DNA of 64,000 nucleotides from an uncultured Hyphomicrobiales bacterium (GTDB lineage: Bacteria > Bacteroidota > Ignavibacteria > Kapaibacteriales > UBA2268): assembly GCA_964524325.1 (NCBI GenBank), contig CAZGCT010000003.1, forward strand, positions 196,410-260,409, read 5' to 3'. The notes under the pieces were generated by a model, which searched no databases, had not been told where the DNA came from, and worked only from the letters and a program-made list of their open reading frames with translations. A program made the translations under genes and the position numbers. The first letter of the stretch is position 1, and each line of letters begins with the position of its first letter. Shown in pieces: positions 49,779 to 59,669 of the stretch.

Positions 49779-52700
49779 TTAAAAATCATAATTAATTGAG
49801 AATAAATAATAAGGTTTCGACCATCCGGTAGATTCTTTTCGCCAAGCAATATCCATTTTTACAGGCAAACCAAGTATCCAAGCACGAGCCCCAACGCCTA
49901 AACTCATAAGTAATCTATTATTTTCGACTTTGTACCTATAATCGGATGTATATATAACCGAAGGAGGCTGAAATTTAAAATTCGAAATTGGGCCTAACCA
50001 ACTTCCACCGATATCGAAAAATAATACCCCAAGAATATCATTGAAAATAATTGGAATTGGTCCGGGAAGCAAAGCTGTAAAAAGAGGAAACCGAAATTCA
50101 ATATTGGAAGCAAAGAAATGATTTCCATAGGCATCGCTGTAGCCCCACCCCCTTAAGGGTGTGATTAATTCCATAAAAGCAAAATCTTCTGGATTATCGA
50201 AAAGAAAATTTTCTGTGTTTACTAGATAATTTATCCAATTGTCAACCCCACCTAGGTAAAACCTTTGGGGATTTGTTCCAAAGCTAGTTGCTCCAGTACC
50301 ACGAAATGCTAGTTTAAGAAAATAACCAAAGTCCCAATATCTTCTATAATCAAATTTTAAAGTAAAGAAATTAATAGAATTTTTGAATAATTTTGGAACA
50401 CTACGAAATTCAACATAATATCGACTTCCTTTAATTGGAGCAAAAGATCCATACAAAACATCATCATAAACGTATTTTAAAGTAGGATATATTATTGTTT
50501 TCGAGACTGCAGATTCGTATAAATTGGTAATATTTTCTTTGGAAGCATTAAAAAAAGTAAAGTTCATTTCAAATCTATTGAACAAACTTAAAGGATATGA
50601 AGAAGTAAAACCCACACCATAGTTTCTAAGCCTATAATTTTCGTAGGCATTACGTGCATTGTTTAATAAAGTGAATAAAATCGAGCTTTGAAAGGCATTG
50701 AAATGATAATCAATTACATTCGGTAGATATGAGTATTGCAAATAAAAATTACTATTTTTTAAATCCAGCCAGAAGTTTGCTGCGATATAAATTTGATGGT
50801 CACCAAGAATGTCGCTAAACAACATCTGGGCTAAACCTTGAAATCCCCAAAAAGAATCATAATAGGGATTCCCTAAAATTAGGTCTGGGGTGAATTTTAA
50901 TTTGTATTCATAATCAATAAAGTTGGTATCAAAAGAATTTTGGTTTTGAACATAGATTTGATTATTAGTATTAATATCCTTATTGGGATTTATCATATTT
51001 TGGCGCGAAAAGTCAACTTTAAACTTACCATAGTTAATTTCATTTGAAATAGTATCATGAAAAGTAATATTTTCTAATTCTTTTGAGAATAATATGGAAG
51101 TGTTTTTTTCAATTTGACTTAATCTTAGTTTTGTTAAAGGAAGAGTATCTTTAGGCAAATTAATATTAGATGGGTTTTTAAGCAAAAAGATGTCGAAGCC
51201 TCCTTCGGTTAAAGCTGAAAAAGCTAAATTCTCAGAAATTTTTGCATGGGAAATTTGAGTGATGTTCGACAAAGAATTTGTTATAGGTTTAATGCCATTG
51301 GTTGCAATTTCCATTCGGTAAATGTTTCCAATCCCATTTGCATCAGAGACAAAGTACAAAAATTTCCCGTCTCCACTTATTGCAAGACTTGTTTTGTTGA
51401 AATTTGGTGTGTCCGTAATCCTGATAATTTTCTTGGTAGGTATATGTATTTTATAGATATCTCTTTTTACATTGTCTATTGTCCAAGGTTTAATTTCTGT
51501 AGATGAATCTTCAGCATCCACGAAGTCATCTCTACTCGAAATAAAGTAGATATTTTCTCCATCAATAGACCAAGTTGGATGGTCGTCGTAAAAGAAATCA
51601 TTGGTTAACCTATTAATAGTTTTGGAATCTAAACCATAAAGATATATATCTTTCCGGTCTAAATCTGACGCCGAAAATGCAATAACATCGCCCTTTGGTG
51701 ACCAAGAAACAGAAGAAATTTGCTTTAACCCCAACCTAATTCTGTCGAAGTTTTTTGTTGCAACGTCAACAAGATAGATGACGTCTTCGCCTTTGTATTT
51801 TGCAGATACACACAATTTAGTACCTCCCGGATTCCAAGAAATTCCTGGAGTTAATACATTTAATTCTTCAAAGTCTTGCTGGCGGAAACTAGATACAATT
51901 TGGACCTCTTGATTTTTATCTATATCTATTATGAACAAAGAAAATAGTCCATCCTTATCAGCAATAAATGCAATTTTGTCCCCTTGCGGAGAAATTGCTG
52001 GTGATGTATTGTAAAAATTCCTTTTCTTTTTATGTTCAGTTATTTTGATGGCAAAATCTGAAGGATAACTAAATTTATCAATGTCCGGAAAATAATGCTT
52101 TTTTAGGTACTTCTTCCATTCATTAGAAAAGTCCTCAAGTTTCATATTAAAAGTAGATTTTAGAGCATTTTCAACGCTGGCAGTCGACTTTAATTTATTA
52201 AGCAATTCGGGTATTTTGTGTTTTCCATATCTCTCGCTAACATACCACCAAAATGTTTGGCCCCCACGGTAAGCATTGTAACCATCTAAGTTTGCAAGGT
52301 CGGGAAGATTTTCACTCAAAGTTAAATCTCTTATATACACATCTGTAGCAATGTCCATACCCCCAATACTTTCCCATTCACACAACCCTTCGTGCATCCA
52401 AAGGGGGAGTTCCACAACATTCCCTCGTGAAATTGCCGATTGAAAAGTTCCACCATAAAACCAATCATTTATTACTGCGTGAACAAGTTCATGATGAATA
52501 ACATGACGAAATTGCTCATAATCACCATCGAATGGTATAACAACTCGATTTTTGAAAAGTTCAGTAACACCTCCAACACCTTCCGGTAAATACATATCGA
52601 TAACATTGGTTTGTTGAAATTGATTGTGGCTATTATATACAATAATTGGAATTCTTTGAGAAATTTTATACTTAAGAGTTTTCTGAATTGAAGCTAGAGC

Positions 52701-52889
52701 AGATTCTGCTACAATTCCAGTGAACACTGCAAGAGTTTTGTTATTGTTGTGAAAAAAAACATCAAAATGCTTGGTTTGAATATATCTCCAATTAAACTTT
52801 TCATATTGTACTTTGTTTTTCCCAAATTGACCTAAAATTGGAATTGAAGTAAGAACAAAAACTGAAAAGAGGAAAAGTACTTGTTTCAT
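49779..52889 (-). CDS. large outer-membrane protein: N-terminal HExxH metallopeptidase-like region, central TolB-like PD40 beta-propeller repeats, and a C-terminal Omp85/surface-antigen-like beta-barrel
   Basis: Signal peptide; HHELVHAV (HExxH); repeated ..DGKIAF../..SPKGDVIAF../..SGDGKFLYF.. PD40-like blades; aromatic-rich amphipathic C-terminus ending ..YYLFSINYDF. 1036 aa. Confidence 0.55.
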   Translation of the reverse strand: MKQVLFLFSVFVLTSIPILGQFGKNKVQYEKFNWRYIQTKHFDVFFHNNNKTLAVFTGIVAESALASIQKTLKYKISQRIPIIVYNSHNQFQQTNVIDMYLPEGVGGVTELFKNRVVIPFDGDYEQFRHVIHHELVHAVINDWFYGGTFQSAISRGNVVELPLWMHEGLCEWESIGGMDIATDVYIRDLTLSENLPDLANLDGYNAYRGGQTFWWYVSERYGKHKIPELLNKLKSTASVENALKSTFNMKLEDFSNEWKKYLKKHYFPDIDKFSYPSDFAIKITEHKKKRNFYNTSPAISPQGDKIAFIADKDGLFSLFIIDIDKNQEVQIVSSFRQQDFEELNVLTPGISWNPGGTKLCVSAKYKGEDVIYLVDVATKNFDRIRLGLKQISSVSWSPKGDVIAFSASDLDRKDIYLYGLDSKTINRLTNDFFYDDHPTWSIDGENIYFISSRDDFVDAEDSSTEIKPWTIDNVKRDIYKIHIPTKKIIRITDTPNFNKTSLAISGDGKFLYFVSDANGIGNIYRMEIATNGIKPITNSLSNITQISHAKISENLAFSALTEGGFDIFLLKNPSNINLPKDTLPLTKLRLSQIEKNTSILFSKELENITFHDTISNEINYGKFKVDFSRQNMINPNKDINTNNQIYVQNQNSFDTNFIDYEYKLKFTPDLILGNPYYDSFWGFQGLAQMLFSDILGDHQIYIAANFWLDLKNSNFYLQYSYLPNVIDYHFNAFQSSILFTLLNNARNAYENYRLRNYGVGFTSSYPLSLFNRFEMNFTFFNASKENITNLYESAVSKTIIYPTLKYVYDDVLYGSFAPIKGSRYYVEFRSVPKLFKNSINFFTLKFDYRRYWDFGYFLKLAFRGTGATSFGTNPQRFYLGGVDNWINYLVNTENFLFDNPEDFAFMELITPLRGWGYSDAYGNHFFASNIEFRFPLFTALLPGPIPIIFNDILGVLFFDIGGSWLGPISNFKFQPPSVIYTSDYRYKVENNRLLMSLGVGARAWILGLPVKMDIAWRKESTGWSKPYYLFSINYDF

Positions 52890-52995
52890 AATTTATACCT
52901 CCATAATATATCTTTGACGAAAAATCATCCTTAAAGTTTTAAAATAAAAAACCCAGAGATTATACTCTGGGTTTATAAGTTTATGGAGCAGAAAA

Positions 52996-53196
<201 letters not shown>

Positions 53197-53284
53197 CTAT
53201 AAAAAAACAAAAAATTTTGCCCAAGGGCAATCAAAATTAATAAAAATATCTGAATAATTAATAAATTTTCTATTTATAGTTTAA

Positions 53285-54220
53285 TTAATTGATCTCGACT
53301 TCTTTAAATTTATTTGTGAATTCTTTTGAAAGCAATTTTGTTAAGTATACTTGATCTGAATTTGAACTTTTAGTAAAAATTTTTCTTATGCGTAACATTA
53401 AAGAAATTTCTTGGTAATAAAGTGCTTGAAGTAGAAGGTAAAATTTTGTTTCGATTTTCGATAAATGTTTTTTGCAATAAGTGAATCTTGAATTCACAAA
53501 AACATTAACAGAATTCTCGGAAAGACCAATTCTATTTGTTTTTCCTTGTCCTCTATAATGTATAACTTGGTTCATGGGATCAAAGAAATTTGTAAATCCA
53601 CTCTCCTTCATTCGTTTACATAAGTCAACTTCTTCGGAATAGAAAAAGAAATCTTTATCGAAACCGCCAACTTCCTCAAATGCTTTCCTGTTGATACACA
53701 TTACAGCACCATCGATATAATCTACTTCTCTAAGTTTCTTGCAAATTCTTAATTTCATTAAAAGTTTCTTAACTCGTACTTCAAATAATGAGAAAAGGGA
53801 AATATCTAGAAAAGCACTAAATAAAGTATGAAATCTACCATAAGAGTTTTGAAAACTTCCATCAGGATAAATCTGTTGAAAGCCCAAAACACCAAAGTTT
53901 TCCCCTACTTTCTGTACTACCTCTAAAACTCTTTTAAAAAAATATCTTGGAAAAATCACATCATTGTTCGAAACAACAACATAGGGCGAAACTACCCTCT
54001 TGAAACCTTCATTAACAGCATTCCCATAACCAACATTTTGATCAAGGGTGATGCATTCAACAAATTTGAAATTTTCTTTAATAAATTCTGCAGAACCGTC
54101 CATTGAATAGTTATCAACCACAATAATTTTTGCGGGAATCAGACTGTTCGAAATTGCACTTTCGATGGCCTGTTTGGTAAGCTCTTTTCCATTGTAAGAA
54201 ACAATAAGCAAATCAATCAT
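53285..54220 (-). CDS. glycosyltransferase family 2
   Basis: N-terminal LIVSYNGKELT..IIVVDNYSMDGS with a DxD region. 311 aa. Confidence 0.7.
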   Translation of the reverse strand: MIDLLIVSYNGKELTKQAIESAISNSLIPAKIIVVDNYSMDGSAEFIKENFKFVECITLDQNVGYGNAVNEGFKRVVSPYVVVSNNDVIFPRYFFKRVLEVVQKVGENFGVLGFQQIYPDGSFQNSYGRFHTLFSAFLDISLFSLFEVRVKKLLMKLRICKKLREVDYIDGAVMCINRKAFEEVGGFDKDFFFYSEEVDLCKRMKESGFTNFFDPMNQVIHYRGQGKTNRIGLSENSVNVFVNSRFTYCKKHLSKIETKFYLLLQALYYQEISLMLRIRKIFTKSSNSDQVYLTKLLSKEFTNKFKEVEIN

Positions 54221-54279
54221 TTTTACTAAAACTAATTTTTGCTAAATTAATTTTTCTCAAAATTACATTTTGATTTAAC

Positions 54280-55563
54280 ATGATATTTAGCAGACGAAAT
54301 TTAATGAAAACATTTGCATCTTTGGGTGTTTTTTTACCCTTTTCAAATTTATTTGGGAAATCGACAGAAGTAGATTTGCTTAAGCAAATTGAAAAACATT
54401 CCAACGATCCTTCTAGTCAATCGGACTTTTGGTATTGGGTAAAACAGTCTTTCACTGTTTCCCCAAATATTTTAAATCTGAACAATGGCGGAGTTAGCCC
54501 ACAGCCCAAATCAGTCCAAGATGCCTTCATTAGATACTACCAGCTTTCAAACGAAGGACCTGCATACTTTATGTGGAGAATTCTAGACCAAGGAAGAGAA
54601 CCACTTCGAAAGAAACTTGCTGAGATAGCTGGCTGTTCCAACGATGAAATAGCCATAAACAGAAATACGACAGAAGGTATAGATACAATTATTTTTGGGT
54701 TAAAACTTAGCTCTGGAGATGAAGTTGTATTGGCTAAACAAGATTATCCAAATGTAATAAATGCTTGGAAGTACCGCGAAAAAAGAGACAACATAAAGTT
54801 GAATTGGGTGGATTTGGTCCTCCCATCCGAAAATTTGGACTATTTAATAAATGCCTTCGTTTCCAAATTCACACCAAGGACTAAAGTTGTTAATTTAACA
54901 CATATGATCAATTGGAATGGGCAAATATTACCAGTTAAGGAAATTGCAAATGAGGCAAAAAAGCGAGGTATCTTCGTTCTTGTTGATGGAGCACATACTT
55001 TCGCTCACATTAATTTTAAAATACCTGATTTAAATTGCGACTTCTTTGCAACCAGTTTGCACAAGTGGCTTTGTGCCCCATTTGGAACTGGAATGTTGTA
55101 TATTCGTAAGGAATTGATTAGGGAAATTCCACCCCTTTTTCCAAATGACCAACCCAATAGCGAAGACATTCGGAAATTTGAATCTCTTGGCACCCGCTCA
55201 TTCCCTGCAGAAATGGCCATTGCAGATGCAATTAATTTCCACCTACTCATTGGTTCTTTAAGAAAAGAAGAAAGGTTAAGGTATTTGAAAAATTACTGGG
55301 TCAATAACATCAAAAATTGGGAAAATATCGAAATTTTAACTCCAATGTCTAAAGATTTCTCCTGTGGATTGGGTATCTTTTCTGTAAAAGGTAAAAAGCC
55401 CGAGGAAATATCAGATTACCTTTTTAACAAGCACAAAGTGTTTACAGTTGCTATAAATTGGGAAAATATTCATGGAGTTAGAGTCACCCCTCACCTTTAT
55501 ACAACGGAAGATGACTTAGATAGATTTATTTATTCAATTCGAGACTTCATAAAAAATAATTAA
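54280..55563 (+). CDS. class V aminotransferase-fold PLP-dependent enzyme with a twin-arginine signal peptide
   Basis: N-terminal SRRNLMKTFASLGVFLP is Tat-like. ..TSLHKWLCAPFGTGMLY carries the class V PLP-lysine motif (SxHK). 427 aa. Confidence 0.6.
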   Translation: MIFSRRNLMKTFASLGVFLPFSNLFGKSTEVDLLKQIEKHSNDPSSQSDFWYWVKQSFTVSPNILNLNNGGVSPQPKSVQDAFIRYYQLSNEGPAYFMWRILDQGREPLRKKLAEIAGCSNDEIAINRNTTEGIDTIIFGLKLSSGDEVVLAKQDYPNVINAWKYREKRDNIKLNWVDLVLPSENLDYLINAFVSKFTPRTKVVNLTHMINWNGQILPVKEIANEAKKRGIFVLVDGAHTFAHINFKIPDLNCDFFATSLHKWLCAPFGTGMLYIRKELIREIPPLFPNDQPNSEDIRKFESLGTRSFPAEMAIADAINFHLLIGSLRKEERLRYLKNYWVNNIKNWENIEILTPMSKDFSCGLGIFSVKGKKPEEISDYLFNKHKVFTVAINWENIHGVRVTPHLYTTEDDLDRFIYSIRDFIKNN

Positions 55564-55567
55564 CAAA

Positions 55568-55963
55568 ATGTTCAAAGAAATTTCACATACTGCAGATATG
55601 GGGCTATATGTCGAATCCACAACTTACCAAGGTCTTTTCTATGATGCTAGTTTAGGATTAATGGTAATTTCCGGTATTGAAACTTTAGATGATAATAAAA
55701 TTTATATTGAAAAATATGAAGATAAATCTATCGATAAAGAAACTTTATTAATAAATTGGCTTAATTTCTTAATTTTTAAACTAGAAAAAAATTACTATCT
55801 TATAAATTGTATTATTAAGATATATTTAAATTCAATTAAATCAACTTGTTATTTGAAAAAACTTGCAAAAAGAAATAAATATATTAAATCGGCTACCTTT
55901 CACAATTTACAAATAATTAAATCTAATAATATAATAAAGACAACTGTAATATTTGATGTTTAA
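55568..55963 (+). CDS. archease (RtcB activator)
   Basis: N-terminal ISHTADMGLYV (HTAD motif) and C-terminal IKSATFHNLQI..VIFDV both match archease. Located immediately upstream of rtcB. Confidence 0.6.
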   Translation: MFKEISHTADMGLYVESTTYQGLFYDASLGLMVISGIETLDDNKIYIEKYEDKSIDKETLLINWLNFLIFKLEKNYYLINCIIKIYLNSIKSTCYLKKLAKRNKYIKSATFHNLQIIKSNNIIKTTVIFDV

Positions 55964-55980
55964 TTATTAAATTAAATACC

Positions 55981-57411
55981 ATGGAAATAAAACAAATAGA
56001 TGAATTCATTTATGAAATTCCCAAAGATACAAATAATTTAATGAAAGTTCCTGCTCGTTTTTTTGCAGATGAAAAACAATTACAACTTCTGAAACAAGAT
56101 AATAGCTTAACTCAATTAATAAATGTTGCTACACTTCCTGGAATTGTGGAATATTCACTAGCGATGCCAGACATTCATCAAGGCTATGGTTTTCCAATAG
56201 GTGGTGTTGCTGCTTTTGATGTGAACGAAGGAATAATTTCTCCGGGGGGAGTGGGTTATGATATAAATTGTGGTATTCGTTTAAACATAACTAATTGGGA
56301 TAAAAATCAAATATCCAAAGCTTTGCAAAACATTGCTCACGAGATCTATTCTTCAATACCATTAGGAACTGGAAAAGGGTCGTTAATTAAAATCGAAAAA
56401 AAGGAATTTGAAAAACTTGTCGTAGAAGGAATCGATTGGGCTTTAAAAAATGGCTTTGCAACTGAAGAAGATAAAGAATGCATCGAAGACATGGGTAAGT
56501 TGCCAGTTTCAAATTTATCCGGCGTTTCTACTAAGTCTATGGAAAGAGGTTGGAGTGAAATTGGTAGTCTGGGGTCGGGGAATCACTTTATCGAAATTGG
56601 TTTTATTTCAGATATTTTTGACAAGGATATTGCAGAAAATTTCGGCCTATTTAAAGACCAAGTTGTGGTTTGGATTCATACTGGTTCTCGTGGTTATGGC
56701 CATCAGATTTGTACAGATTTCGCAAGAGATTACCAAACAGTCTCAAAAAAATATGGTATTCATCTTTTGGATCGTGGGCTTGCTTGTGCCCCATTTTCTT
56801 CTAAAGAAGGTCAAGATTATTTTAATTCAATGAATTCAGCAGCCAATTTTGCATTTGTAAACAGGCAATTAATATCTTTCAAAATAAAAGAAGTTTTCCT
56901 TAAAAATTCAAAAAAAATTGGATTTTTAAGGTTCGACTTGCTTTACGACCTTGCTCACAATATTGCAAAAGTTGAAAATCACATAATAAATGGCAAAAAG
57001 AAAAGGCTAGTTGTACACCGTAAAGGAGCCACTCGCTCCCTCCCCTCAAATAAACTAAGTGGAAAATATTCTTTAATTGGACAACCCGTATTAGTTCCTG
57101 GTTCAATGGGAACCACTTCTTACATCTTGGTTGGAAAAGATAAATCACTTGATATTTCTTTTGGAAGTTCTTGCCACGGAGCAGGTAGATTAATGAGCCG
57201 TACTCAGGCTAAAAACGAAATAAATCCAATTTCTTTAAAAGAACAATTAGAGAAAAAAGGCATAGTAATTAAAACACCAAGTTTAGGTTCCATTGCTGAA
57301 GAAGCTCCAAATGCCTACAAAGATGTAGATATGGTTGTTAATATTGTTAAGAATTTAAATGTAGCCACACCAGTGGCAAAATCAAAACCACTTGTGGTAA
57401 TTAAAGGCTGA
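55981..57411 (+). CDS. rtcB: RNA-splicing ligase RtcB
   Basis: GYDINCGIR, GSGNHF and SSCHGAGR metal/GTP-binding motifs. 476 aa. Confidence 0.85.
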   Translation: MEIKQIDEFIYEIPKDTNNLMKVPARFFADEKQLQLLKQDNSLTQLINVATLPGIVEYSLAMPDIHQGYGFPIGGVAAFDVNEGIISPGGVGYDINCGIRLNITNWDKNQISKALQNIAHEIYSSIPLGTGKGSLIKIEKKEFEKLVVEGIDWALKNGFATEEDKECIEDMGKLPVSNLSGVSTKSMERGWSEIGSLGSGNHFIEIGFISDIFDKDIAENFGLFKDQVVVWIHTGSRGYGHQICTDFARDYQTVSKKYGIHLLDRGLACAPFSSKEGQDYFNSMNSAANFAFVNRQLISFKIKEVFLKNSKKIGFLRFDLLYDLAHNIAKVENHIINGKKKRLVVHRKGATRSLPSNKLSGKYSLIGQPVLVPGSMGTTSYILVGKDKSLDISFGSSCHGAGRLMSRTQAKNEINPISLKEQLEKKGIVIKTPSLGSIAEEAPNAYKDVDMVVNIVKNLNVATPVAKSKPLVVIKG

Positions 57412-57442
57412 AAATTTAGAGAGTGCTTGTGCTTGAAGTTTG

Positions 57443-57531
57443 CGGAGAGGGCGAGATTCGAACTCGCGGTAGAGTTTTACCCCTACGACGGTTTAGCAAA
57501 CCGTTGCCTTCAGCCGCTCGGCCACCTCTCC
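57443..57531 (-). tRNA. tRNA-Ser (anticodon GCT)
   Basis: The reverse complement folds as acceptor GGAGAGG/CCTCTCC with a long variable arm. Anticodon loop is TTGCTAA and T-loop is TTCGAAT. No CCA is encoded. Confidence 0.85.
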
Positions 57532-57652
57532 ATAATTCAAGTGCAAAATTATAAAATAAATTTCGAAAAACCAAATGTTAAATAACCCAAAACCTTTCTG
57601 GTTTTGCAATTAGCTGAAAATTTTGTAATTTTGTTTTTTTAAGGAGTAAATT

Positions 57653-57877
57653 ATGTCGCGAAAATGTAAAATAACTGCTAAGAAACCTTTAATTGGAAAT
57701 AATGTTTCTCATGCCAATAACCGGACAAAACGGAGGTTTTTGCCAAATCTTCAATGGAAAAAATTTTGGATACCCGAGCAAAAGAGATGGATTAGACTTC
57801 GATTATCCACTCAAGCTATTAAAACAATTGACAAAAGAGGAATAACTTCAGTTTTGAAAGAAGCTGGGCTTATTTAA
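57653..57877 (+). CDS. rpmB: 50S ribosomal protein L28
   Basis: [34 protein letters not shown] matches L28. An upstream aaggag Shine-Dalgarno site is present. Confidence 0.85.
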   Translation: MSRKCKITAKKPLIGNNVSHANNRTKRRFLPNLQWKKFWIPEQKRWIRLRLSTQAIKTIDKRGITSVLKEAGLI

Positions 57878-57905
57878 AATAACCTTTAAATCCATTTTCA
57901 TTTTA

Positions 57906-57934
57906 AACCTGCCAGAAATTTGGTAGGTTTTTTA
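57906..57934 (+). terminator. rho-independent terminator after rpmB
   Basis: aacctgcca / tggtaggtt 9-bp stem (one G:U pair) followed by a T6 run. Confidence 0.6.
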
Positions 57935-57983
57935 TTTAAAAAAAGTTTTCATAATTTTATATTACACATACTTGAAATTTTCT

Positions 57984-59660
57984 ATGAGAAATTTTGCAGC
58001 AATATTTTTACTTTGTTTTCTTGGGTTAATTTGTTTTAATGGTTGCACCACCGAGAAAAACATCATCGATAGTTCTACATTTTATTCAAATGTGTTTGAA
58101 CTTTATTGTAATGCAAACAAGCTGGATTCAAATACAATTAGATACATAAAAAAAGACTATCTTATTGACCTAATAGTAAACGCTTCGAAAAATGAGCAAT
58201 TGGGCTTGTATCATCACGCAATAGTTGATTTACTAGATGCACTTCGATTCGACACTTCTAAGGTTATTCTTTTTGCTCTTGCAAGAAATTTTTATTGGAT
58301 TGAAAAGTATACCTTGGCATTCGACTATGCATTCAAATCATTTTTGCTCGATACCAATTTCATCCCATGTATTGAACTACTTGCCTGGACCCTTTTAACT
58401 AGGGAACAATACAAAGAAGCTAGTTACTTTTCCAATAAAATCATAAAAATTAAGCAGAAAAACATAACTCAAAATGACATTAAACTTCATTTGGAAATTC
58501 TTGACAAAATTGATACAACTTTTTTATCATCAATTAATTTTCTGAAAAAGATCGATAGCCCTTCCAACCTAGATTTTATTAATTCCCAATTGTTTTACTA
58601 CTATTTTCTTAAAGCAGACACTGAAAATCAGATTGTTTTATTAGAAAAAATATTTAGTAAATCTGATAATTTTAAGGGCTTAGACCCATTTTATTTAAAA
58701 ATATATTTTACGATTCTTTTAGAACGAAAGGAATTCGAAAAAGCAATTTCCAAATTTATAGAATTCTCAAAGAAATCCTCCATTGACAACATTTTATCTT
58801 ATGTCGAAATTTTCCAACCAAAAATCAAAAGTATCGACTCAACAAACCAAGAACTTTCAAAAACATTTTGTGATTATCTCATAAAAAATTTCCCCGATGA
58901 TTATCGTTTCGATTTTAAACTCCTTCAAATTTACTTTGCATTGGAGGATACAACTAATTCATACTTCTTTTGCAAAAAAATCTTAAACAATGAAAATACC
59001 AATTTGGAGTTACTCATTCAAGCTTCATACTTTTTGTACTATAATCTGAAAAAGAAAAAAGAAGCAATTATTAAATTTCAAAGTTTTAAATATAAATTTT
59101 TCGATGTTCCAAATTACTATAACGTTCTTGGTGAGTTCTATGCTAATAATAATCAATACGAACTTGCTGAAGAAATGTTCAAAAAATCCATATCTTTAGA
59201 TTCGAATGATTATCAACCTTACCTAAATTTGGGTTGGATTTATTCAGAAATGGAAGACTGGAAAAAGTCCGATTCTTGCTACTTCAAAAGTTTAGAATTA
59301 TTCCCTATTAACCCCATTATTATGAACAATTTTGCCTATTCCTTAATAGTTAGAGACACAAATTTGGCATATGCTAAAATGTTAATCGAGGATGCAATAA
59401 AAATCCGACCAAACGACCCAAATTTTTTGGATACTTACGGATGGTATTTTTATAAAATTGGTGATTATACTAAAGCAAAGGAATATATTGAAAAATCAAT
59501 TGAAATCGACAATTCGCGTCCCGAACCGTTTCTCCATTTAAGTTTGATATACGAGGCATTAAACGACCTAGAAAAAGCTAAATTCTATTTTGAGAAGGCA
59601 GTTTCTATTGACCCTAGTAACAAAGAGATTATCAAAGAAATAAATAAGAAAACTAAATAA
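57984..59660 (+). CDS. TPR-repeat lipoprotein
   Basis: Signal/lipobox ..ICFNGC. Multiple TPR-like repeats, especially in the C-terminal 200 aa. The start is set at the ATG, whereas the ORF track starts at a TTG at 57972. Confidence 0.55.
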   Translation: MRNFAAIFLLCFLGLICFNGCTTEKNIIDSSTFYSNVFELYCNANKLDSNTIRYIKKDYLIDLIVNASKNEQLGLYHHAIVDLLDALRFDTSKVILFALARNFYWIEKYTLAFDYAFKSFLLDTNFIPCIELLAWTLLTREQYKEASYFSNKIIKIKQKNITQNDIKLHLEILDKIDTTFLSSINFLKKIDSPSNLDFINSQLFYYYFLKADTENQIVLLEKIFSKSDNFKGLDPFYLKIYFTILLERKEFEKAISKFIEFSKKSSIDNILSYVEIFQPKIKSIDSTNQELSKTFCDYLIKNFPDDYRFDFKLLQIYFALEDTTNSYFFCKKILNNENTNLELLIQASYFLYYNLKKKKEAIIKFQSFKYKFFDVPNYYNVLGEFYANNNQYELAEEMFKKSISLDSNDYQPYLNLGWIYSEMEDWKKSDSCYFKSLELFPINPIIMNNFAYSLIVRDTNLAYAKMLIEDAIKIRPNDPNFLDTYGWYFYKIGDYTKAKEYIEKSIEIDNSRPEPFLHLSLIYEALNDLEKAKFYFEKAVSIDPSNKEIIKEINKKTK

Positions 59661-59669
59661 AGGTGTAAG

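Noticed and set aside
55740-55960. Low-complexity, AT-rich middle and C-terminal coding region of the archease gene, which might indicate a frameshifted pseudogene
   Set aside because: The reading frame stays open and the conserved C-terminal archease motif (..SATFHNLQI..VIFDV) is in frame, so the gene looks intact.
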